From a virus (Duplodnaviria; Caudoviricetes), in the IMG/VR virus record IMGVR_UViG_3300031555_001542, positions 46,014-110,013 of that record: a stretch of 64,000 nucleotides of DNA. One strand, given 5' to 3'. Below, piece by piece: positions 1-8,865 of this stretch (position 1 is its first letter; the number at the start of each line of letters is the position of its first letter). The translations under genes were made by a program, and so were the position numbers. Below the pieces are notes generated by a model. It saw only the letters and a list, made by a program, of their open reading frames with translations. It had not been told where the DNA came from and did no database searches.

Positions 1-35
1 TCAATACAAATACCACACAGAAAGGAGGAAACGAA

Positions 36-908
36 ATGAAGTTTGAAGAATTACTCTCAAAATATGGTATAACTGCTGAAGAAGTAACTTTTGAAATCGA
101 AGGTCTTTCTGATGAAGAACTTGAAGCAAAGTTTGTTGAAATGTTCGATAGTGATGACAACACTGATGATACCAGCACAAGCGAAGGCGAAGGAGATAAT
201 GGCGACGGCGAAGGTGATGATGCTGGCAGTGATGATACTGGAGATGATGATGGTGACGACGACGGAGATGGCGACGGCGATGATAACGATGATGGTGATG
301 TAGAAAAATTCACTAAAATCTTTACTGTTGAGCTAAGCCATGATGATATTCGTTATGCATTATATAATTTAATTTCTCAGTATGATGAGGAAGACGATGA
401 ATATTATGGCATCAGATCCGTATATGATAATTACTTTATTATGTATGGTTGGCGCAACAACAAGCTTTATAAGGTTGGCTATTCTGTAGATGGTGAAAAT
501 GTATCTTTGGAAGGCGAAAGACAAGAGGTTTTTGAACTGATTGTTACTGAGTCTGAAAAGATCGCTATTGAGAAGATGCGTGAAAATTATGATTCTCTAG
601 TAAAGTATAAGGAAGATACAGAGGCAGCAGCGCTACAGGCACAGAAGGACGCAATCTTTGCTGATGAAAAGTATAAAGATGTTGTTAATACTAAATCTTT
701 CCAAAAACTAATTTCTAATTCTAAGGATTATTCTGTTGAAGAGTGCACTCAGAAGGCAGATGAAATTCTAGACGACTTCAGCTCTTTTGCTGTTAATTTT
801 GCTTCTAATGACGAAGTAAAAACTAATAAAACTATTGGTCTAAACTTTAATGCTAAGCCAAGTAAAAAGAAGTCTGCTTATGGCGGTCTTTTTGAAAAAG
901 ATGAATAA
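36..908 (+). CDS. Capsid scaffolding protein, probably an internal start within a longer prohead protease/scaffold gene
   Basis: Very acidic, coiled-coil-like protein directly upstream of the capsid genes. RBS AAAGGAGG precedes ATG 36, but the frame stays open back to the window start (NTNTTQKGGNEM). Confidence 0.65.
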   Translation: MKFEELLSKYGITAEEVTFEIEGLSDEELEAKFVEMFDSDDNTDDTSTSEGEGDNGDGEGDDAGSDDTGDDDGDDDGDGDGDDNDDGDVEKFTKIFTVELSHDDIRYALYNLISQYDEEDDEYYGIRSVYDNYFIMYGWRNNKLYKVGYSVDGENVSLEGERQEVFELIVTESEKIAIEKMRENYDSLVKYKEDTEAAALQAQKDAIFADEKYKDVVNTKSFQKLISNSKDYSVEECTQKADEILDDFSSFAVNFASNDEVKTNKTIGLNFNAKPSKKKSAYGGLFEKDE

Positions 909-920
909 TTTAAAACATTT

Positions 921-945
921 GGCGGCTATTGATAGTCGTTTTTTT
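921..945 (+). terminator. Intrinsic terminator-like hairpin
   Basis: GGCGGCTAT/ATAGTCGTT stem followed by a T tract. Confidence 0.6.
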
Positions 946-992
946 GTTATATAAAAAACAATTTTTAATTTAAGAAAGGAATGTATTTAATT

Positions 993-1499
993 ATGGCTCA
1001 GGATATGAATTTAAATGTAAGCCACATCGTGGCAGAATCCACTAACATCCTATCCACCAACTTTGGCGGCGGTCATATTTATAGCATCACTATTGATGAA
1101 GATATGGACAATGGCCTACTAGTTTGTAAGGATGAGTACATTGGTGATGAAACTTGGTCCGCTAAGGACTATGTTGCAGGTGAGGAACCCCTATTCCTAC
1201 TAGCTCCTCCTATCGTTGCTTTTACCCAGCTAAAGGGTTATGCAGACGAGGACAGATTCTACAACAAGCAGGGTGACAGAGTTCGTGCCTACACTCTAAG
1301 AGTTGGTGACAGAGTTTCTCTATCTGAGAACGCTTTTGACACTGCTCCTGTTGAGAAGCAGTATGTTACTTATGACGCTTCCGCTAAGCAGTATGTTGTT
1401 GCTGACGCTAAGACTGAGGGTCAGTTCTGCGCTCAGGTTCTAACCAAGATTGTTCGTAGCAATCTAATCATGTACAAGCTACAGGTTGTTAGCCTGTAA
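993..1499 (+). CDS. Capsid decoration/minor head protein
   Basis: Lies between scaffold and major capsid genes; strongly biased codon usage typical of high expression; AAAGGA RBS favours ATG 993. Confidence 0.6.
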   Translation: MAQDMNLNVSHIVAESTNILSTNFGGGHIYSITIDEDMDNGLLVCKDEYIGDETWSAKDYVAGEEPLFLLAPPIVAFTQLKGYADEDRFYNKQGDRVRAYTLRVGDRVSLSENAFDTAPVEKQYVTYDASAKQYVVADAKTEGQFCAQVLTKIVRSNLIMYKLQVVSL

Positions 1500-1525
1500 T
1501 TCTAGAGAAAAGGAGGATGAAAAAT

Positions 1526-2641
1526 ATGGCTAATCTAATGAATTTTGACGCACATGTTCGTGCTATTTTCGAAAATGACGAGACTAAGTTTGTTAACTTC
1601 AATAAGCTAATGGTTGATGCTTCCATCAATAATTATGAGGAAGGCATTGACGCTAAGACTGCTAATGAGAAGATTAGAAAGGTTTTCAGAGAGGCTATTG
1701 GTGTTTCTGAAAATGCTACTAAGCAGGAAATTCGTAAGGCTATTAAGAAGAGAGCTAATGCTCAGATTCTATTTGACCTAATTGAAGAGCTAGTTCCCAA
1801 CCTACTAAAGAGCGGCTGGGCAGAGAACCCATTCTTCAGAGAGTTCGTTGAAGAGAGATATCTAGATGAGGGCGATGAGAACATCTTCTATTCTGAGGAT
1901 AACTCCGTTCTAACTGTTTCTAAGGTTTCTGGCTCTCACTGGGATCTAGACCGTCAGAGACTAGGCAAGGGCTCCAGCTTCTCCATTGAGACTTCTGAAT
2001 ACGGCATTGCTGTTTACAGCGAGTACGAGAAGCTAATCTGTGGTCTAGAAGACTTTGCTACCTTTATCACCAAGATTTACGAGGCTATTGACAGATTCGT
2101 TAACGAGGCTATTTATCAGGCTCTAATGGATGCTGCAGAGAAGCTACCTGGCGGCGCTTCTGGTGCAGGTCAGTGGGTTAAGACTGGCGCTCTAGATGAG
2201 AACTCCAGAGGCACTCTAATTCAGCTAGTTGAGGATGTTCAGATGGCTACTGGTGCTAATGAGGTTATCATCATGGGTACTAAGTCTGCTCTAACTAAGG
2301 TTACTGGTCTACAGAATGTTGACTGGATCTCCAACGAGATGAAGAACGAGCGTCATACTACTGGCAGAATGGGCATTTGGGAAGGCATTAGACTTGTTGA
2401 AATCAAGCAGGGCTTTGCTCTAGGTGACACCACCAAGAAGCTAGTTGATGACAAGGTTCTATTCATCATGCCTGTTATGGACAACAAGTTCATCAAGCTA
2501 GTTAACCGTGGCGAGGATCAGCTAAGAGAAGTTCAGGACAAGACCCTAAATCAGGACATGACCTATGACTACAGATACATGTTCCAGATGGGTGTTGGTG
2601 TTCTAATCAACCTAATCTTTGGCGAGTGGATCCTAGCTTAA
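1526..2641 (+). CDS. Major capsid protein
   Basis: ~371 aa; position in the head module; extreme codon bias; RBS AAGGAGG; similar in character to SPbeta-like capsid proteins. Confidence 0.85.
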   Translation: MANLMNFDAHVRAIFENDETKFVNFNKLMVDASINNYEEGIDAKTANEKIRKVFREAIGVSENATKQEIRKAIKKRANAQILFDLIEELVPNLLKSGWAENPFFREFVEERYLDEGDENIFYSEDNSVLTVSKVSGSHWDLDRQRLGKGSSFSIETSEYGIAVYSEYEKLICGLEDFATFITKIYEAIDRFVNEAIYQALMDAAEKLPGGASGAGQWVKTGALDENSRGTLIQLVEDVQMATGANEVIIMGTKSALTKVTGLQNVDWISNEMKNERHTTGRMGIWEGIRLVEIKQGFALGDTTKKLVDDKVLFIMPVMDNKFIKLVNRGEDQLREVQDKTLNQDMTYDYRYMFQMGVGVLINLIFGEWILA

Positions 2642-2679
2642 TTGTATTAGAAACAAAGGAATAAAAGGAGAAAAAAGTT

Positions 2680-3213
2680 ATGGCAAAAAATACAGATATT
2701 AATGAAGTTGAAGAAGTTAAGGCTGAAACGAAGAAGGAAAAGGCGACTCAGAAGAGCGCTAGAAAATATGCTCCAACAGACAGAATTCCCTGTCGTAGCC
2801 TTACATATGGTGAGCTACTTTTAACTGGTCCCAAGACCAAGCTATTGCATACTTGGGCCAATTATGGTGATGTTACTGAAATGGAGTATCAGGATCTACA
2901 GGCTCTAAAGTCTACTAGATCTTCTTACCTATACAAGCCTAGATTTATCATTGAGGACGAGGAACTTGTTGAACAGTGGTCTGGTGATTTTAAGAAGATG
3001 TACGACGAAATTGTTGAAATGGACGTCGAGGCTCTTTTTAGACTACCAATTGGTCAGCTAAAGGCTAAGCTAAAGAAGGCTCCTGCGGGAGTTCAGTTAG
3101 CTGTTAAGAACATGGCTGGCGAAAAGATTATGAATGGTTCACTAGATAGTATCGCAAAGATTAAGGCGATTGATGAGGTTCTTGATACTCAGTTAATGCT
3201 ATATATTAAGTAA
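2680..3213 (+). CDS. Conserved head-module protein, unknown function
   Basis: RBS AAGGAG; follows the capsid gene; biased codon usage. Confidence 0.6.
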   Translation: MAKNTDINEVEEVKAETKKEKATQKSARKYAPTDRIPCRSLTYGELLLTGPKTKLLHTWANYGDVTEMEYQDLQALKSTRSSYLYKPRFIIEDEELVEQWSGDFKKMYDEIVEMDVEALFRLPIGQLKAKLKKAPAGVQLAVKNMAGEKIMNGSLDSIAKIKAIDEVLDTQLMLYIK

Positions 3214-3230
3214 TTTGGAGGTGAACCTAT

Positions 3231-3647
3231 ATGGGCACTCCATATGAAAAAGTATATGGTTATTTTCTAAATTCTACTACGGACTTTAATCTTGCGGATT
3301 TAGATGATCATACACTAAATGAAATGCTTAAAGGTTGGTTACATAGTGCAATTGTAAAGACACGCACAGCAAGTGATTTCACTCGTGATGATGATAACGA
3401 AGTTTTTAGCAATGAGTTGAGTGATTTAGATATTGAACTTCTTGCTATGGGTATGCGCCTAGCTTGGCTAGATCAGCGCATCAATTCCACAGAATATACA
3501 AATTTATTTGTTGGTGGAAAAGAAGAAAAGTTCTATTCACCATCTTCCCAGTTGTCTGAACTTCGTGCTCTCCGTGCAGATACACTCCGAGAGATGCAAC
3601 AACTTTACACATATAGCACATACAACAACAATTCTTTCTTTGACTAA
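3231..3647 (+). CDS. Head-tail connector/adaptor-like protein
   Basis: 138 aa, helical; neck-module position; RBS GGAGGTG. Confidence 0.55.
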   Translation: MGTPYEKVYGYFLNSTTDFNLADLDDHTLNEMLKGWLHSAIVKTRTASDFTRDDDNEVFSNELSDLDIELLAMGMRLAWLDQRINSTEYTNLFVGGKEEKFYSPSSQLSELRALRADTLREMQQLYTYSTYNNNSFFD

Positions 3648-3660
3648 GGAGGCGTTTCCG

Positions 3661-3966
3661 ATGAATATTTATAAAGAAACTACTCCTAGTCAAATTGCTG
3701 CAGAGAAGACATATATTCGCTCTGCAATTTTTAAGCTTCTGCCATATAAAGAAGAGTCTTACGAATATTTAAATGAATATTTTGGCTCAGTGCTACAACT
3801 ACTTCAAGGTTTCAATAAGGTTTCTGGCAACCAGCCGGAGATGGTCAGTATTATTAGTAAGATTGCATATGCACGTGATGTTGAAGATTTTAGTGAATAT
3901 CGTAAGGCTATTCTTGATGCCTGTGGGCTGGTAGAGCGAATCAAGGAGAGTGATCCTAATGCTTGA
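3661..3966 (+). CDS. Hypothetical neck-module protein
   Basis: AAGGAGG RBS before ATG 3661; the longer ORF-track start overlaps the upstream gene. Confidence 0.6.
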   Translation: MNIYKETTPSQIAAEKTYIRSAIFKLLPYKEESYEYLNEYFGSVLQLLQGFNKVSGNQPEMVSIISKIAYARDVEDFSEYRKAILDACGLVERIKESDPNA

Positions 3967-5044
3967 TTCATTTAGACTTCGCATGGCTGCGCTTGGTGGC
4001 TATGAAGGTGAAGCTAGGCGTAGGAATGCTCAAAATATTATGGATGCATCTTGGATGCGAGATCCAGCTACAAAACTCGTTTATGTTAAATGGGTTGATA
4101 GTGGTCTTCCTTTAATTGATGATGATGATATTCCAGTTTACGCTAAATATAACGTAAAGTCTTATCACAATATTACAGGAGATGCGGTTTCATATTTATT
4201 GCAATTTAGATTAGAAGATATAAGAGCCAATCCTAATATTAGGGTTGGTTCTTATGTTCAAATTATGAATGAAATGGATGAGCCTGAATGGTGGTTGATT
4301 GTTCATTATGACGATAGACTACAATTCAGACAATTTTCAATTTTGAAATGTACATGGACTTATAAATGGGTTTCTAGAGTTAGTGGCAAGCGTATTGTGT
4401 ATCAGTGTCTTGGTGCACCTCGTAAACAGAACTCTTACAACAGTGGTGTTTGGTTAGACTATGTAACTCAGACTGTTGAAAACCAGGAAGTTTTATGGCT
4501 ACCAACAAATAATGATACTAAAACTATTGTTTATGATACTAAATTTTTGAAGTCTTCAGAAGGTAGATATCCTCCTATTAAGTGGACAATCACTAAAATA
4601 GAAGATACTGCAATTGATGGAATTTCAAAATTTACTTTGGCGCAGGATTTCTTTGATCCAGCCAAGGATAATGTTGAATTGATGATAGCTAATTATTATG
4701 ATTCTTATGTTGAGCCAGAGGTTCCCGAACTTGAAGAAACTCCAACTGTAAATGCTTTAGATATTGTCTATTCTGGTTCTCCTGCTGTTCGTGCAGGCGG
4801 TGGATATAAAAAATTCACTCTTAAGGAACGTGTAAATGGAGAATTGGTTAATGTAACAGATGACGTTGAGTGGAGTATAGAGTTTCCTGATGGAGATCTA
4901 GAAAAGCTTGAATACTCTGTAAAAGATAATATATTTAAAGTAAAATGTTTGCCATTTTATGATTTAGTAGGTAAAACATTTACCATTATTGCGGAAAGTA
5001 AACATAGCTCAAAATCCCTGGTTGTGGAGGTGATTAGTCTATGA
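3959..5044 (+). CDS. Head closure-like protein with C-terminal Ig-like domain
   Basis: Neck position; beta-rich C-terminus (..DDVEWSIE..GKTFTIIAES..). Confidence 0.5.
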   Translation: MLDSFRLRMAALGGYEGEARRRNAQNIMDASWMRDPATKLVYVKWVDSGLPLIDDDDIPVYAKYNVKSYHNITGDAVSYLLQFRLEDIRANPNIRVGSYVQIMNEMDEPEWWLIVHYDDRLQFRQFSILKCTWTYKWVSRVSGKRIVYQCLGAPRKQNSYNSGVWLDYVTQTVENQEVLWLPTNNDTKTIVYDTKFLKSSEGRYPPIKWTITKIEDTAIDGISKFTLAQDFFDPAKDNVELMIANYYDSYVEPEVPELEETPTVNALDIVYSGSPAVRAGGGYKKFTLKERVNGELVNVTDDVEWSIEFPDGDLEKLEYSVKDNIFKVKCLPFYDLVGKTFTIIAESKHSSKSLVVEVISL

Positions 5045-5562
5045 TGCGAGATATTCAAAATATCGATGATGACATTAGCGGAATGAAGAGAAAGATTAAA
5101 CAAACGTTAATAGCCGACACGGACATTCTTGAAGTATTACATAATCCTGCTATTGATATTGATAGTCCAGATGAATTTCTGGATACTAACATCTTTGGAT
5201 TTATTAGAATTCCAAATACTCAAGACACTGTTCGAAATTTCATTTGTGTAACTGTTGATGACATTGAAGATCATAAGTTTAATGAAGTTATGAAAATTCA
5301 ACATATTACATTTACTGTTATATGTCATTTGAGTGATATAAAGACTGAATATGGTATTGATAGACATGACCTACTTGGTTATCTGATTAGAGATACTTTT
5401 AATTGGACAAATATGTTTGGTTTACAATATCATCTAGTCTACAACAAGGAGAGTACCATTGACGGTGATTATTATTGTAGAACACTAAAATTTGAGTCAA
5501 CAAAAACAAATGCGCTAAATAATGCAAGGATGGCGAATCCTCATGACAGGCTTAGACGTTGA
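5041..5562 (+). CDS. Tail terminator/neck protein
   Basis: Position before the tail tube gene; overlaps the upstream stop codon. Confidence 0.5.
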   Translation: MMRDIQNIDDDISGMKRKIKQTLIADTDILEVLHNPAIDIDSPDEFLDTNIFGFIRIPNTQDTVRNFICVTVDDIEDHKFNEVMKIQHITFTVICHLSDIKTEYGIDRHDLLGYLIRDTFNWTNMFGLQYHLVYNKESTIDGDYYCRTLKFESTKTNALNNARMANPHDRLRR

Positions 5563-6274
5563 TGATTTAAAACTTTATATTGGTGATGATTATGTCATCA
5601 ATGATAATATTAAAGTTTTACAACCAACTATAAGAAAAATAGCGGAATTTGGTGAGCGTGACTTTTTTTCTGTTGTTCATACAGTAACAGCCATACCGTC
5701 TGATATGAAGTCTCAGCTTTGGGACATGGGTCTTGACTGGATGGAAGTAGATGATTTTGAGTTATTTGTAATGCTTGCACAGACTTTAACTCCAGATAGA
5801 ACTAAGCTTTTATTTGGAGATTTAGATTTTTCAAAATTGAGACCATTTAATCACCCGCATATTGAGGGTGAAATCATTTTGGCAGATAAAGAATCTGGAA
5901 TTCTTATTGACAAGATGATATATCTAAAAATTGTATCCTATCTTCGCAAGGCATTTAATATTACGCCGAAGGTTGAAAAGGCGATGAATAAAATGACCAA
6001 GAAAATTTTAATTGAAGATGATAGGATGAAACTTAAACTTAATAAAGATAAGCCTTTTAAGTCTTTTTTGTTGCCACTTATTTCATCTGTTAAGGTTAAG
6101 CAAGGTTATACTAAAGAATATGTACTCAACATGGGGTATGTAGAATTTATGAATGATGTTGCTAGACTGCAGGTAATTCATAATGCAGACCATTTATTGA
6201 GTGGTGTGTATGCTGGCACTATTGATATGAAGAAAATTAATAAGGCTGAATTGAATTGGATGAAAGAGCTGTAA
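5543..6274 (+). CDS. Conserved tail-module protein, possible tail assembly chaperone
   Basis: Intact ORF immediately upstream of the major tail gene. Confidence 0.5.
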   Translation: MTGLDVDDLKLYIGDDYVINDNIKVLQPTIRKIAEFGERDFFSVVHTVTAIPSDMKSQLWDMGLDWMEVDDFELFVMLAQTLTPDRTKLLFGDLDFSKLRPFNHPHIEGEIILADKESGILIDKMIYLKIVSYLRKAFNITPKVEKAMNKMTKKILIEDDRMKLKLNKDKPFKSFLLPLISSVKVKQGYTKEYVLNMGYVEFMNDVARLQVIHNADHLLSGVYAGTIDMKKINKAELNWMKEL

Positions 6275-6325
6275 CAATTTGTTGCTCTTTTTATATTTAA
6301 AAATTATTTTATGGAGGAAATTATC

Positions 6326-7129
6326 ATGGCTGATAAAAAATTTGATATGAATAACTTTGTTATTGATAGAATTATCCGTGGCGTTGCTCTAAGCCAGAAG
6401 GATGATTCCGTTCTATTCTCTATTAACCAGATCCAGAATGCTTCTCTAAACTGTGCTTCTGAGTCTACTGATGCTGTTGACGCAATGGGTACTCCTATTG
6501 CTACTTTCTACAGAGCTAAGTCCGCAGAATTCTCTGCAGAAAACGCTCTATTCGACATGAACCTAATGGCTACCCAGCTAGGTACTGCTAAGAAGGTTGC
6601 TGACGATAAGAATAAGATTGTCATTCCTGCTATGGAGAGCTTTACTGTTACTGAGGGCAGAAAGCATGAGCTAAAGCACACTCCTGTTAAGGCTCCTAAG
6701 GAGATGTATGCTCTAAATGATGATAGCACTTTTGGCAAGCCCTATAGCCTAGGCACTGCTGCTTCCGCTGATGAGTTCTCTATTGCTGACAGAACTGTTT
6801 CTCTACCTACCGATGCAGAGCTAGTTGTTGGTACTGAAATGTTTGTTATGTACGAGTATGAGACTGACAAGGCTGTTGAAGTTGTCAACTCTGCAAAGAA
6901 CTTCCCTGTCGGCTGCAAGTTTGTTATGGAAGTCCTAGGCTGCGACGTTTGTGACCAGACCAACCTAGTTTACGCTTATGTTATCTTCAACAACGCTAAG
7001 CTAAGCCCCGACTTCGACTGGTCCATCGCTACTGATGGTACTCACCCCTTCTCTATGAAGGCTCAGCAGGATTACTGCGACAAGGAAAAGAGACTATTCT
7101 CCATCGTCATTCCTGGCGACGCTGAGTAA
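6326..7129 (+). CDS. Major tail (tube) protein
   Basis: ~267 aa, beta-rich; same extreme codon bias as the capsid gene; RBS GGAGG. Confidence 0.8.
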   Translation: MADKKFDMNNFVIDRIIRGVALSQKDDSVLFSINQIQNASLNCASESTDAVDAMGTPIATFYRAKSAEFSAENALFDMNLMATQLGTAKKVADDKNKIVIPAMESFTVTEGRKHELKHTPVKAPKEMYALNDDSTFGKPYSLGTAASADEFSIADRTVSLPTDAELVVGTEMFVMYEYETDKAVEVVNSAKNFPVGCKFVMEVLGCDVCDQTNLVYAYVIFNNAKLSPDFDWSIATDGTHPFSMKAQQDYCDKEKRLFSIVIPGDAE

Positions 7130-7147
7130 TTTGTTAAAGTAATATTT

Positions 7148-7164
7148 AACAATACAAGATTGAT
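7148..7164 (+). promoter_or_regulatory. Conserved intergenic motif, copy 1 (AACAATACAAGATTGAT)
   Basis: Two mismatches to the consensus AACARTACAAAATTAAT; intergenic. Confidence 0.5.
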
Positions 7165-7171
7165 GTATTAG

Positions 7172-7205
7172 GTGTTGGCTAGTGGCGTAAGTCACTAGCC
7201 AATAC
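7172..7205 (+). other. 15-bp stem-loop with GNRA (GTAA) loop
   Basis: GTGTTGGCTAGTGGC-GTAA-GTCACTAGCCAATAC; no T tract. Confidence 0.7.
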
Positions 7206-7239
7206 TATAATTATAATGCATGAAAGGAGCGTGAGCCCT

Positions 7240-7587
7240 ATGGCCCGTAAATCTAGAGAATGCTATCTATGTGGCACAGAATACCGCTATTGTGGCACCT
7301 GCGCAAATGATAGACTAAAACCCGCTTGGATGTCCGAGTTCCATAGCGAATCCTGCAAAAACATCTTTGACATTTGCACCCGATTTAATCTAGGCATGAT
7401 GTCCAAGATCGAGGCCCAGGATGCACTAAAATCCTGCGACCTATCCAATAAGGCAAATTTCAAATCCTATGTCATCCGTGACCTAGATGTAATCTTTGCC
7501 GAAGAACCCAAGAAGAAGACCAAGAAGGTCGAACCCGTGGCAATTGAGCCCGAATCACATGAAGTAGTTATTGAAAAAGAAAATTAA
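7240..7587 (+). CDS. Small zinc-binding protein (CxxC...CxxC)
   Basis: RECYLCGTEYRYCGTC..HSESC; RBS AAAGGAG before ATG 7240. Confidence 0.7.
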   Translation: MARKSRECYLCGTEYRYCGTCANDRLKPAWMSEFHSESCKNIFDICTRFNLGMMSKIEAQDALKSCDLSNKANFKSYVIRDLDVIFAEEPKKKTKKVEPVAIEPESHEVVIEKEN

Positions 7588-7638
7588 TAAGGCACTATAA
7601 CTTCATGCGAAACGGAGGTTTTAGTGCCTTATTTTTTT
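7586..7638 (+). terminator. Long-stem intrinsic terminator
   Basis: AATAAGGCACTA..AACTTC / GGAGGTT..TAGTGCCTTATT followed by a T tract. Confidence 0.7.
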
Positions 7639-7660
7639 ATGCAAAAAGGAGGAGAAGGAA

Positions 7661-7885
7661 TTGATCAAATCTATGATCACAGGACGAGAATATGCCGAGA
7701 ATAACTGTGTCTACGTAACCAATATGTTACAAGCCCAAAAATATCTCGCATACCTTGGTCCAGAGTACCTTCTAGATATTTTATATACAGGTACATATAG
7801 AAAAGACTCCCTAGTCTTTGTCTTTCAAAAGTGTCCAGAAACACGCAAGGCAAAAGAACTATGGGATGCACACGAATTGAATTGA
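7661..7885 (+). CDS. Hypothetical protein
   Basis: TTG start with AAGGAGG RBS. Confidence 0.6.
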   Translation: MIKSMITGREYAENNCVYVTNMLQAQKYLAYLGPEYLLDILYTGTYRKDSLVFVFQKCPETRKAKELWDAHELN

Positions 7886-7895
7886 GGTGTTATAT

Positions 7896-8108
7896 ATGGA
7901 AAACACCATACTAACTCTTATCGGAGATGTTCCAGTATCTGAACAAATTGCCGCAGCCCTTGAGCGCATGTCCCCAAAAAACCACACTCACGACTACGCA
8001 ACTCTTGATGAGGTTGAAGACTTAAAACGAAAAATAGATATGCTTATAGGTCTTGTTGGAGATACATCTGTTGCTGACCAGATTGCTATGGCACTTAAAA
8101 ATAAATAA
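7896..8108 (+). CDS. Small fibre-module protein (two LVGD..V..QI motifs, HxH)
   Basis: RBS GAGGTG; motif shared with downstream fibre proteins. Confidence 0.6.
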   Translation: MENTILTLIGDVPVSEQIAAALERMSPKNHTHDYATLDEVEDLKRKIDMLIGLVGDTSVADQIAMALKNK

Positions 8109-8142
8109 AACATTACATTTTTTATAAAAGGATGTGATTTAA

Positions 8143-8454
8143 TTGAGCACAAAAAAGATTCAAATTATAGGCACACTTTCTAAGCCAACTGCGAGAATTG
8201 CATACGTAGACTTACTAGCCGCAAACTGGATTGGCGATTCAAGCCCCTATTCTCATGTTGTTGAAATTGATGGTGTAACCGAAAATAGCCAAGTTGATCT
8301 CACTCCTAGTATTGAACAATTAGTTATTTTCTATGAGAAAGACCTTGGCTTTGTGACCGAAAACGAAGGTGGCATTGTAACAGTATATGCTATCGGGCAA
8401 AAGCCTGAAAATGACTATACTATCCAAGTAACCATCACGGAGGTGGATGTATGA
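8143..8454 (+). CDS. Fibre-module beta-sandwich protein, paralogous to the C-terminus of 27468..28433
   Basis: AANWIGDSSPYSHVVEI aligns by eye with ASAWVGSSAPYSQVVTI. Confidence 0.65.
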   Translation: MSTKKIQIIGTLSKPTARIAYVDLLAANWIGDSSPYSHVVEIDGVTENSQVDLTPSIEQLVIFYEKDLGFVTENEGGIVTVYAIGQKPENDYTIQVTITEVDV

Positions 8455-8687
8455 GCAGAAAAATTATTGGCGTAACTGTTGGTACTACACTTCCAAAACC
8501 GAACTTTAAACAAACTGACCCTACTAAGGGTGACTATATTAAGAACAAGCCTGACTTTGAAGGTTTGAAATCTAAGGTAGATATTGTTAGTGGTTTGGTA
8601 GGAGACATTCCTGTTGCAACACAAATTAGTGACGCTTTAGATAAAAAAGCTCAAGTACAAATTATCACTTGGGAGGCGAATGATTAA
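8451..8687 (+). CDS. Small fibre-module protein
   Basis: Q.DPTK.DYIKNKP fibre motif and LVGD..V..QI motif; translationally coupled. Confidence 0.65.
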   Translation: MSRKIIGVTVGTTLPKPNFKQTDPTKGDYIKNKPDFEGLKSKVDIVSGLVGDIPVATQISDALDKKAQVQIITWEAND

Positions 8688-8863
8688 TGGCTTTATATTT
8701 AGGCAGCAGTGAAAAACTGCAAATTAATTTAAACGGCACTGCATGTGATTTAAAGTTATATTCTGAAACTCCTGTCGTAAATGGTGATTTGCCAATATCA
8801 TCAGACGGTTATGTATTAAGAGACTTGAGTCTATTATATTTAACGGCAAAGGATGGTGGATAA
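8687..8863 (+). CDS. 58-aa fibre-module protein (absent from the ORF track)
   Basis: MALYLGSSEK...LTAKDGG*; ATG overlaps the upstream TAA; GGAGG RBS; fills the gap exactly. Confidence 0.7.
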   Translation: MALYLGSSEKLQINLNGTACDLKLYSETPVVNGDLPISSDGYVLRDLSLLYLTAKDGG

Positions 8864-8865
8864 TT

